Shown here: positions 1 to 10,676 of the stretch, piece by piece
Position numbering within the stretch: position 1 is the stretch's first letter
Layout of the letters: every line of letters starts with the position of its first letter
Assembly (NCBI GenBank): GCA_000004695.1
Contig: CM000150.2
Location: 1,440,001 to 1,504,000, forward strand
Length of the DNA stretch: 64,000 nucleotides
Origin: Dictyostelium discoideum
Taxonomy: Eukaryota
Direction of reading: 5' to 3'
Program-made: the position numbers and the translations under genes
The notes under the pieces: model-generated
Database searches by the model: none
Seen by the model: the letters and a program-made list of their open reading frames with translations, nothing else
What the model was told of the DNA's origin: nothing

Positions 1-158
1 CAATAAATTGATTAATAGGAAATTTCTATTATTTTGATTTTACAAATGTTTCAGTATATTCACCAGATGTTTTTTGATTTGGATTTGAAGAAGTTATTAA
101 ATCTACATAAGTGAGTGATGATGGATTATCACGATTTAAATCCCAAGATGAAGTGAAA

Positions 159-849
159 CTAATTGAATTTGATTTTGCAAAATGTTGAAATTTTAGCAGC
201 ATCATCAATGGTAAACATACTAAGATCATCATTTAAACCAATCATTGGAGTAATAGCAACTTTTCCATATGCTTCAGAATCACTTAATGATGGGTAAACG
301 GTTTTCAATTGATTTTTAATACTAGTTACACATTGAATTGCAGCCTCACCCATATCGTCTTTCCATTCTTCCATATAATAATCCATTGCCATACCATTAA
401 CTATGAAATTAAGTCCTTGATCTTTGAATGCATTTACACTTTCCAATCCTTTTGATGTTAAACCAGTTGGCAATGTTGGAAGTGTTAAACTTATTAAAAG
501 AGTGGGATTCTTTGATTGAATACTTTTCAAAGCTAATGCAATATTCTTATCATTGAATAAAGAATTCTCTAAATCAAAATCTAATCCATATGCATTATAA
601 ATAGTGACCACGGTATTATAAGTCTCAATCAATTCTTCAACTGAAAATCTACAAGAGATATCTTGATTAGATGCACCACCAAATGAAACTATAACTTTTT
701 TACCATTCTCTTGAATGTCTTTTGCCAATGGCAATGCCCAATCAAGTGGCATTGTTGGTTGTGCTGCCCCTAATTATATTTTAAAAAAAAAATAATAAAA
801 ATAAAAATAAAAATAAAAAAAAAAAAAATAAAAAAAATAAAACATTTTA

Positions 850-892
<43 letters not shown>

Positions 893-1186
893 TTCTTTAA
901 AAAAATAATTAATTAATTTAGAAAACTTACAACATGCAGTATTATCAGAAGAAGATAATGTAATGAAGCCAAATACTAAACCAAAAACATTATAGTCAAT
1001 AGCTTGTTTTGAATAAATTGGATTTGGTCTTCCACTTGGATAGTTTTGCCCTATTTAATTTAGAATTTCAAGTAATTAATTAATAAAAAATTCTTTTTTA
1101 TAATTATTTTAAATTTTTTTATGTGTACACTTACAATCAGACCAATCAGCATTAACAGAAACATCAATAAATGGTATATGTGACAT
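159..1186 (-). CDS. Glycoside hydrolase family 18 (class III chitinase / hevamine-like) protein; 3 exons: 1186-1135, 1050-931, 769-159
   Basis: ORF 159..752 contains the GH18 catalytic motif GLDFDLE (DxDxE) and an SFGG motif. Upstream exons were found by hand: ATG at 1186 with donor GTAAGT at 1134, and a middle exon 1050..931 (WQNYPSGRPNPIYSKQAIDYNVFGLVFGF, like hevamine GQNG...NIAFL) with donor GTAAGT at 930. The split-codon phases (T|GG = Trp at both junctions) are consistent. The C-terminal end is ambiguous: ORF 29..232 in the +1 frame carries SWDLNRDNPSS. Confidence 0.65.
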
Positions 1187-1514
1187 TTTTAATTTGATTT
1201 TATTATTATTATTTTATTATTTTAATAAATGAGGAATAATTAATTATAATATTAGAAAAGAAAAAAAAAACCATTTTATATTTTTTTGGTTTGAGAAAAA
1301 AAAAAAAAAAAATAAAAATTAAAAAATTATATTAAATAATTTGTTTTTTTTTTTTTACTTCACCCCATAAATGAGATTTCAATTTTTAAAATCTTTTTTT
1401 TTAAAAAAAAAAAAAAAAATGAAATATTGTTGGAATGGGCAAAATGATTGGTGGTTAAAAAAATTTTAATCCCCAACAGACAGATTATTCAAATCATTTT
1501 TAAAATTATTTACT

Positions 1515-1547
<33 letters not shown>

Positions 1548-2027
1548 AAATAAATATTGTTCAATGGGTTTTGAAAAAATTTTACTTTTATTTTTGTTGA
1601 ATGTTCACCAACCTCCAATTATTTTTTATTTTATTTTTCAATCAAGCCCCTGCAATTATTTTTAGGTTTTTTTTCAAATAATTAAACTAAAAGATTGAAA
1701 AAATCTTTTGATATTAAAAAAAATAAAACAATTATAAATTGGAATTAATTTATATTTTTGATATTAAAAAAAATAAAAAAATTATAAATTGTTTAAATTA
1801 ATTTTTTATTTTTTTTATTTTAAAAAAATAAAAAAAAAAAGAAAAAGAAAAAATTAATTTAATTGAATAATGAAAAAAAAAAAAAAATCTCTAGAAAATT
1901 TGATTTCAAAAACACTTTTTTATTTTTTTTTTTTAATTTTTTTGTGATTAAATTATTCCAATAATTTATTTTTAGGGATTTTGTAATAAACAATGAACTT
2001 TAATTTTTTTTTTTTTTGTCTTTATTA

Positions 2028-2128
2028 TTTTATTTTATTTTATTTTATTTTTATTTTAATTATATTTTATTTTATTTTATTTTATTTTATTTTATTTTAT
2101 TTTATTTTATTTTATTTTATTTTATTTT
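2028..2128. repeat. (ATTTT)n pentanucleotide microsatellite
   Basis: The unit ttattttattttattttatttt... is repeated about 18 times with one interruption. Confidence 0.85.
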
Positions 2129-2563
2129 GTTTCTTTTTTTTTTTCCATATTCATAATTAATAATTAAATTAACTCATTGTATTTTATAATTTTTTATTTT
2201 TTTTATTTAGTTATAAAAAAAAATAAAAATAAAAATATTGTGTAGACCACTGTCGTGGTTAGGTTATAACCAAAGTCTCAAAAAAAAATCCTATTTTTTT
2301 AATTTTTTTAATTTTTTTTTATTTTTTTTAATTTATTTTTTTTTTTTTTTAAAAAAAATTTTTATTTTAATTTTATTTTTCTGAAAAATCTGTGGAAAAA
2401 AGAAAGATTTTGTATTTTTTTTAATTACTTTCCAACAAATAATCGTACATATTTAGGTAAATATTTATTTAAAAAACAACAATTTTCATACACCAATACC
2501 CTTTACTTTTTTGGGTACAACAATAACATAATCACAACACTGAATTGAGTATTTATATATAAC

Positions 2564-2597
<34 letters not shown>

Positions 2598-2686
2598 ATA
2601 ATCTGTGTAACGGGACAGAGAGGTCAAAAAAAAATAAAAATAAAAAAATAAAAAAATAATAAAATTATTTATTTTATTTCATACCA

Positions 2687-2707
2687 CACACACACACACA
2701 CACACAC
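2687..2707. repeat. (CA)n microsatellite
   Basis: The run cacacacacacacacacacac (about 10 units) sits in a poly-A/T intergenic region. Confidence 0.9.
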
Positions 2708-3156
2708 TACAAACTACAATTAAATATTTAATTAATAATTGTTGTGTGCTTTTTATATTTTAATTCACTTTTTAATTTTTTTTTTGTTTAAAATTTTTTT
2801 TTTTTTTAAAATAAATAAAACTACTTCGATTTTATCATAAAAATAAAAATAAAAAAAACAAATTAAATAAAAAAATAATAAAAAAGAAAAAAATAAAAAA
2901 ATAAAAAAAAAAATAAAAAAATAAAAAAAACACACGCACTCACGAATACTCTCCGACATTAAACTAACTGTATTTTAGTTTTTTTTTTTTTTATTTAAAT
3001 ATATAAAGTTTTTTTTTTTTATTTATTTATTTTTTATTATTATTATTAGTGCTCTATACGAATAATATAATTATATATATATATATATATATATATTTAT
3101 TTAATTACTAGAATATATATATATATTTATAGTCAAACATATTTTACAATTAAAAA

Positions 3157-4614
3157 ATGGCACAAGTATTTCCTGATGTAATTGAAGAAAAGATTCAAGA
3201 TGATGATAAATTTTTTGGACAAACAAGATTAAAAAACGATGATATAGATTTCAATGATCCAGATAATGTTTTAACAATGAAAAATATTCATAAAACTTAT
3301 TTATTAGGTATTGAAGGTGTACCTGCACTAAGGTTTGTATAAATTATATAAATTTTATAAAAATTAATTAGTGTGCGCTAACATATAAAAAATTATATCA
3401 TTTATTTTCAAAAGAGGTGTTTCAATGGCAATTAAAAGAGGAGAATTTATTTGTATTTTCGGTACATCTGGTGGTGGTAAAACAACAATGTTAAATATTA
3501 TTGGTACAATCGATAAACCTACAAAAGGTGAAATGAAATTATGTGGTAAAAGTAATTATTATTATTATTTTATATATTTTATATATATTAAATAAATACT
3601 AATATTTAATTTTTATTATAATTAAAGCAATTAATCATAAAACAACTGATAAAGATTTAGCATTTTTAAGATTAAGAAATATTGGATTCGTATTTCAAAC
3701 ATTTAATTTATTATCATCATTGACAGCATTGGAGAATGTTGAAATGCCAATGATTTTATTGGGTGAATTATCAGCAAGTGAAAGAAGAGAAAGAGCAATT
3801 TCATTATTAACAAAAGTAGGTATGAAAGATCGTTTAGATCATTTCCCATCCCAACTATCTGGTGGTGAACAACAACGTGTTACAATTGCACGTGCTATTG
3901 CAAATAATCCAGATGTTTTATTATTAGATGAACCAACGTAATGTATATTTTATCATATTATTAATTATTATTATTAATAATTATAAGTATCGCACGAGCG
4001 CTAACTTTAAATTATTTATTTATATATATATATATAAAAATAGTGGTGATTTAGATACAGTAAATACATCAGTGATTATGAAATTGTTAACAGATTTAAA
4101 TAAACAAGAGAATATAACATTAATTATGGTAACACATGATGTTGGTTTAAAAATGTATTCAGATAGAATCATTTGGATGAGAGATGGTAAAATTCAAAGA
4201 ATTGAAACCGTTCAAGAACAATCAAAACGTGAACATTATCAAAAACTATATAAAGAATGCGAATTAATTAATCAAAATCAAAAGAATGGTGTAACTAGTG
4301 TTTTCAAAAATGATGATGATAATAAAAATATTAAAAAGCAAGGTACTTTAACTGAGTTTAGAAGACCAACTGATTATAAATCAATTGCAAGTTATAATAA
4401 TAATAATAGTAATTTAAATAATAATAGTAATAGTAATAGTAATAATAATAGTAATAATAATAATAGTAAAAATTATGCATCATCATCATCATCATCAAGT
4501 GTATTAAATGGAAAATTAAGCCAATCAACTGTAAACAATTCTTCAATTTATAATCATAATAATGATTCTCCATTTTTCAATAGTAATAATAATAATAATA
4601 TCAATAATAATATC

Positions 4615-4705
<91 letters not shown>

Positions 4706-4962
4706 GTAATAGTAATAATAATAATAGTAATAGTAATAATAATAATAATAATACAAAGAGTAATAATAATAATAATAATAATATATTTGATATAGCATCT
4801 TCATCATCATCTTATAGTAATAACAATAATAACAGTAAGAATAATAGTCTTATTGATGATATTTACTTGGATATAAATGAAGGTAGCTCATCAAATTTTT
4901 CAAATAATGATAATTTTAAATCGGTAGATCAAATTACCAATGACCTTAGCCGTATTTTATAA
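3157..4962 (+). CDS. ABC transporter ATP-binding protein, bacterial LolD/MacB-like NBD-only type (abcH-like) with long poly-Asn C-terminal tail; 4 exons: 3157-3332, 3415-3545, 3628-3937, 4044-4962
   Basis: Walker [11 protein letters not shown]-loop FVFQ, signature LSGGEQQRV, Walker B LLLDEPT, and an H-loop MVTHD after splicing (EPT|GDLD). Donors AG|GTTTGT, G|GTAAAA and AC|GTAATG pair with acceptors giving in-frame junctions (R, A, T). Strong similarity by eye to LolD ([26 protein letters not shown]). The C-terminus is an (AAT)n-encoded poly-N stretch. Confidence 0.8.
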
Positions 4963-5228
4963 AAAAAAAAAAAAAGATTTCATAGTAATATTACTAAAAA
5001 TAAAAAAAAATATAAAAATAAAATATATATATAAAAAAAAAAAAAAAAATTATCGTTTATTTGAGCATGTTTAAGAAATGAGATATTGTTTCTTTTCTTT
5101 TTTTTTTTTTTTTTTTTTTCTTTTCTTTTCTTTTTTTTCATATCCATGATTGTCTTAATAATACTTTTAAAAAGTAAAAATAAGTAAAATTGATGCAATT
5201 AACTTTTTTTTTCCTATAATTATCTTTA

Positions 5229-5868
5229 CTATTTTTGTTGAAATTTGTGAGTTGGAGTCTTAAAGCTAAGAGACTCAATTGATAAAATTTGAGACTGATA
5301 TTCAGAATCATCAAATTCAATGACTTTTACATTTGAAATTATTTCTGCTAAGATTGATGATATTTGATGTTTACACTGTTCGGTTTTTATTAAAACAAAT
5401 CTGTATTAGTAAAATGACAAAGAATCTAATAATAGTGCATAAAAAGGTACATACATAAACTGAATCAGATTTTAAAAGTACAGAGAAATTAAAAGATGGG
5501 CAACTACAATAATCTCCTTGAATTAGGCACATGTATTTTGCACCTTTTCTACCTTCAACCACATAAAAATATCTATTGGATGGTTGAAAAACATATTTGG
5601 TTATAAGTTCTTTATCAATTAACTCTAATGATGCAAATATTGTTTGATCGAAAATATAATATAAACTTAATAGTGTTTCTTCTGATACTAAATAAAATAT
5701 TAAAATGTATAGTGATGTGTTAATAATAGTTTTGTATAAAAAAAAAAAATAAAAAAAAATAAAAAAAAAAAACTTACTTGTATTGGTTTTATTATTTTCA
5801 AATATTATTTTTAATATGTCAAGCAATTTAACAGTGTTTTTATTACTTGTATTTATAGTGGTTGCCAT
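5229..5868 (-). CDS. Small SWIM-type zinc-finger protein (ZSWIM7/Sws1-like); 3 exons: 5868-5778, 5687-5455, 5375-5229
   Basis: ORF 5371..5868 is interrupted by a poly-T intron (donor GTAAGT at 5777, acceptor TTTAG before 5687; 90 nt). A second intron (GTATGT at 5454, ACAG before 5375) joins CSCPSF... to CKHQISSILAEI, completing a CxCxnCxH SWIM motif. Stop TAG falls at 5231-5229. Size of about 156 aa matches the Sws1/ZSWIM7 family. Confidence 0.5.
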
Positions 5869-6438
5869 TATTATTAATAATTTATTATTTTTTTTTTTTT
5901 TTTACATTGCTTTTGGATTGTGTTGAAAAAAAAAAAGAAAAAAAAATAAAAAATAAAAAATTGACACTTTCCTTTTTTTCTTTTTTTTTTATTATTTCAC
6001 AGAATTTTTTTTTTTATTTTTTTTATTTTTTTTATTTTGTCTTAATTAAATCTCAACATTACCTTTTTATTTGTTTTTTTTTTTATAAGTTTAAATTTTT
6101 TTATATAAAAAATTAGTATTTTTGAAATAAAATTAACTGTTTTCGGGGATATCTTTTTTTTTTTTAATTTTTTAATTTTTTTATTTTTTTTCTCTTTTAC
6201 CTTTTGAAGATTTCAATCGGCAATGGTTTTTAAAAATAAATTTATTTGAAAAGCACCAAGCCAGATGCTAGTTATCAAAAAAAAAAAAAAAAAAAAAAAA
6301 AAAATGAAAAAAAAAATAAAAATAAATTTTTTTCTTATTTTGTTTTTTTTTTTTTTTTTTTTTTTTTTAATCAATACCTAAAGATAGAACGCACACACAA
6401 ATTTTTTGATTATTTAAATTTTTTTATTTTATTTTGAG

Positions 6439-6482
<44 letters not shown>

Positions 6483-6576
6483 GAAAAAATAAATTAAAAA
6501 TAAATAAAATAAAATTAAACAAACCACCATAAAAAAAATTATATATATACAAAATATTTACACAGAATAAAAAAAA

Positions 6577-7370
6577 ATGAAAATTAAAATAATATTTTCA
6601 ATTTGTTTTATTTTAACTTTTATTCACAGTAAATTATTTGTAAAATCATTATTTAATTCAAGTAATATTTGTTTCAAAAGTTGTAGTGAAATTGGAGAAC
6701 AATGTATAACGGATAACCAATGTTTCGGAGATTCAAAATGTTTAAAAAAGATTCCGTCATATCAATTTGGTCACAATGAATCAACTTCAAAATGTTCAAT
6801 TATTAGAAATTTAAATGAAAAATGTAATGAAAATCAATGTTCCTCGGGACTATTTTGTGAATTTGAATGGTTTTATAGTAGTGAAGGTGGATCTTGTAGG
6901 AATACTCGTTTTTCATTGTAAATATAAAAATAAATAAATAAATAAAAATTAATAAATAAAAATGGAAATGGAAAAAAAATAAAAAAAAAAAATAAAAAAA
7001 ATTAACATCGGGATTATTATTTTTTATTTTTTTTTTTTTAGAATTGATGAAGATTGTTCAAGTTTTAGAGATTGTAGTAGTTTATTTGCAGATTGTATAA
7101 ATGGAAAATGTAAATCAAATCAAAATAAATGTTTTGTTGATTTTGATTGTTCATCAAATCAGTATTGTAATTCAGATATTGGAAAATGTGAAATATTTTC
7201 AAAAATTAATCAACCATGTAATTCATCGTTACCCCAATCATGTGAATTTGGTTCATTTTGTTCAATAAATTCAAATATATGTCAACAATCATTTTCATTA
7301 AATCAAGGTGACAAATGTAATCCTCAATCTCAAACTGATTGTAAATTAAATTATTACGTAAGTAGTAGTA

Positions 7371-7422
<52 letters not shown>

Positions 7423-7961
7423 TATATTTAATAATAATTTATTTATTTTATATTAAATTTTAATTTTAGTGTTCATCATCAGATGGAATTTGTGTAGAAT
7501 ATGAAGCAAATAAAAACAATTGTAATGGTAATGAAAATATATGTGATTCTAGTTATTCAGTTTGTGGTTGTGATTCACAATGCCATTCAGTTGTAAATGT
7601 AAATATAAAATCAAGTAAACCATTAACAGATTTAAGAGATTGCTTAATAAAATATAATATTTCAATAGTGAGAAATAGTAACAGTGAGAATTCAACAATT
7701 TATAAAAAATGTTCAAAAGAATATTGTCAATATTTAACAATGTTATCAATTGATAATAATGATAACAACTATTTTCAATGTACAAATAAAACATCAACTA
7801 ATATAATATCAAATTTACCAATTTGTTTAAAAGCCAATAATAATAACAACAACAATAATAATATACCACCATCATTAAACCACTCTAATAGAAATATATA
7901 TATAAATCACTATTTATCTATTATTATTTTATTTTATTTTATTTTTTTTGTAAATAATTAA
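6577..7961 (+). CDS. Secreted cysteine-rich repeat protein with signal peptide and C-terminal hydrophobic tail (possible GPI/TM anchor); 3 exons: 6577-6917, 7042-7357, 7470-7961
   Basis: N-terminal MKIKIIFSICFILTFIHS signal-like segment. Repeated CxxxxC / DCSS..C spacing runs across all three exons. Donors TT|GTAAAT and TAC|GTAAGT pair with acceptors TTTAG|A and TTTTAG|T, and the phases are consistent (TT+A = Leu). It ends in a hydrophobic stretch LSIIILFYFIFFV. Confidence 0.6.
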
Positions 7962-8031
7962 TAAAATAAAACCCATCTTGTATACTTTTATTTTTTTTAT
8001 TTTTTTTTAAGTTTATTTATTTATTTATTTA

Positions 8032-9229
8032 TTAAAATGATTCATCATCAGTGGCATCATCTCCATATTTACTACTGTCACTATCAGTATCAGTAGTACC
8101 ATAGGGATCCTCAGGTAAAATCCACTCTATGTTATTCTTTGATTGATTATTTATAGATGATTTTAATCGATTGAAAATTTTTAAACGATTATGGTAGCAA
8201 TCTATTACAACTTTTTCTAATGAATTTAAATGATGTTCTAAGAATGGTTTTAAGAAATCAGTTTCATTTTTCATATCCCGATTCCAGTCAATATAAAATC
8301 CAATTGAGAATCGTTTAACCCCACTACTACCACCACCACCACCATCATCAGCACAACTATTATCATTAATTTTAATATTTTTGAAATTTTCTATTAATAT
8401 ATTTGTAAATAAATCTTGATAATTTGAAGAGTATACTCCATAATATTCATCAATAGTGATACTTTGTAATGATGGCATTGGTGGTGGATAAATTAAATAT
8501 CCACTTGAATTGATATCGTGTCTATAGGTTTTATCTTCATTAAAAACTTTATTGTTAGGACAACAACAAAATTTGAATTTTCTTAAAGTGCTATCACTTA
8601 ATATTATATCATATTCATCAGTTTTTAAATAAAATGATTCAATTCTTGAGAATAGCAATTCAACAAATTGTCTACTACTTGAGTATGGTATTAATCTAAT
8701 TGAATTATAATCGAAATATAATGGTGGTTGTTTAATTAAACTGAATTGGCTATCATTGTCGAACTGTATCATTGATTTCTTCCATTCAAAATATTCATTA
8801 TTTAATATTTTTGATAATACTTTAAAGAATTGTTTTGAAACTAATGCAAATGATAAAAGATTATCATTTATAATAACTTTGTCCATTCTATCATCAATAT
8901 ACCATAATGAATCTCTAATTATCTTTTCAATCACTATATCTGGTAGTATGAATGATTTCATTTGTTCTTTATTTATTGTAAAATGATTGTTGTTGTTGTT
9001 GCTGTTTCTGTTTTCTCTATTACTATAGGTTGAACCATCACTATAATACCCAAAACTTTCAAAACCATCTAAAATCCTATCCTTAATATTCTTGTATACA
9101 ATATCATGTAAACGATTGATATCATATTGATATGGTGATAATTCAAACTCTTCTTCCATAATTGCTAATCTATTTTTTAATTGATCATTATCATTCTCGT
9201 ATAAATCTATAAACCATTTGTTAAACTAT

Positions 9230-9273
<44 letters not shown>

Positions 9274-9683
9274 TTGCTATTATTATTAATGTCAGAAAAA
9301 TAAAAATAATTGATGACACTTACTCTTTTATCAATAAGTAATTTTTTATAAAGTTTATATTTAAAATAACTAAATTTAATTGTGTTTGTTATTTTTTTAA
9401 AAACATTGAATGAATTATCAAAGAATATATTTAAAATGAAATCAATATATCCTTTTTTATCAAAATAATGAAAATATTTATTTTTATGATATTTGTTGAA
9501 ATAATTTATTGATTTAATTTTAATTTTTTCATTTTCTTTATTATCATTAAATATCTTTAAAATATTAATTAGTTCTAAAAATGTTTTTGGTTTTTCTTTT
9601 ATTGATTTTATTATTTTATATGTTTCTGTTTCTATTTGATTGTTTGTTGCTATCTGTTCTTCAAACTTTCTTTTTTTATTCAT
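8032..9683 (-). CDS. F-box-like domain protein (hypothetical); 2 exons: 9683-9324, 9225-8032
   Basis: ORFs 9207..9683 and 8032..9159 are joined by an intron made of a poly(A/T) tract (donor AGA|GTAAGT at 9323, acceptor TATAG before 9225; 99 nt, phase 0). An F-box-like segment LPDIVIEKIIRDSLWYIDD...LLSFALVSKQFFKVL is present. A Gly run and an acidic C-terminus follow. Confidence 0.5.
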
Positions 9684-9844
9684 TTTTAAAAAAAATCTGT
9701 AAAAAATTGATAAAAAATAAAAAAAAATTCACTTTTTTTTTTTTTTTTTTTAAAATTGTTAATCCCATAAAAAATTTTAAATAAAAATAATTAAGAACCA
9801 AAGTTTAATTTTTAAAATAGGTTGATGTGTTTCCCAACATATAA

Positions 9845-9907
9845 GTTGACCTTACAGCAATCTAATCACAAATTTTTACTTCACAAAAAAAAAACCCCTT
9901 CGTCAAC
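9845..9907 (+). ncRNA. Candidate Dictyostelium Class I non-coding RNA (about 63 nt)
   Basis: The sequence gttgaCCTTACAGCAAtctaatcac...ccccttcgtcaac contains the 11-nt CCUUACAGCAA motif characteristic of Class I RNAs. The 5' GUUGAC and 3' GUCAAC are perfectly complementary and can form the terminal stem. The locus is GC-richer than its poly-A/T intergenic surroundings. A DUSE-like TTCCCAACATA lies only about 10 nt upstream, which is not the canonical -60 position. Confidence 0.5.
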
Positions 9908-10371
9908 TGTCTTTTTGTAAAAAAAAAAAAATCCGAACTTCACTTTTCCATGGAAATAATTTGGTTTTTGAGAAAAAAAAAATATTACTAAATCATTTAA
10001 TTATTTTTTTAAAAAATATATTAAGGAATTATTATTTAATAAATTTATTTAATTTCAATATTATCACACTTAAAATTGTGTACCTCAAATAATAAAAAAA
10101 TTAAAAAATAACAGTTTGAAAATTTAAATTTAAAATAATAATTGCTTTACAATTTTAAAATTAAAGTTCATAAATAAACTATTAATAATAATTATTGTTT
10201 ATTTCTTTAATTGGTAAAATTGATTAATCTATATAAAACAAAAAAAAAAAAAAACCACCTTTCCTCCACTCACCAACCTCTCTACCTTCAAATTTTTCGT
10301 TTTATTCCAAGCTCAATCTTAACTCTTTACAAGATTTTAAATAAATATACATTTTATATATTTTTTTAAAA

Positions 10372-10417
<46 letters not shown>

Positions 10418-10676
10418 AGTATTTGTATTTTTAACTGATGAGAACAACATTAACAATTAAAGATTGATATTATTCAAATAAATATATTAGTTTCAAATTA
10501 AAGAATTGTACAATAAGAATAATAACTATTTTACTTTTTTTTTTTTTAGAATTTTATTTTATTTTTTTTTTTTTATTTTTTTTTTTTTATTTTTTTTTTT
10601 TTATAGGTGAATGAAAGAAATAGATAATTTAAACATGATTTAGTGATGAATGATGAATTATTATTAGCAGATTAAT

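Noticed and set aside
2765-2959. ORF encoding an F/K-rich 64-aa peptide
   Set aside because: Pure poly-A/T intergenic sequence with no coding composition.
4358-4810. ORFs 4358..4573 (-), 4562..4795 (+) and 4613..4810 (-), giving poly-Y / poly-I proteins
   Set aside because: They are translations of the (AAT)n microsatellite that encodes the poly-Asn tail of the ABC gene in its real frame.
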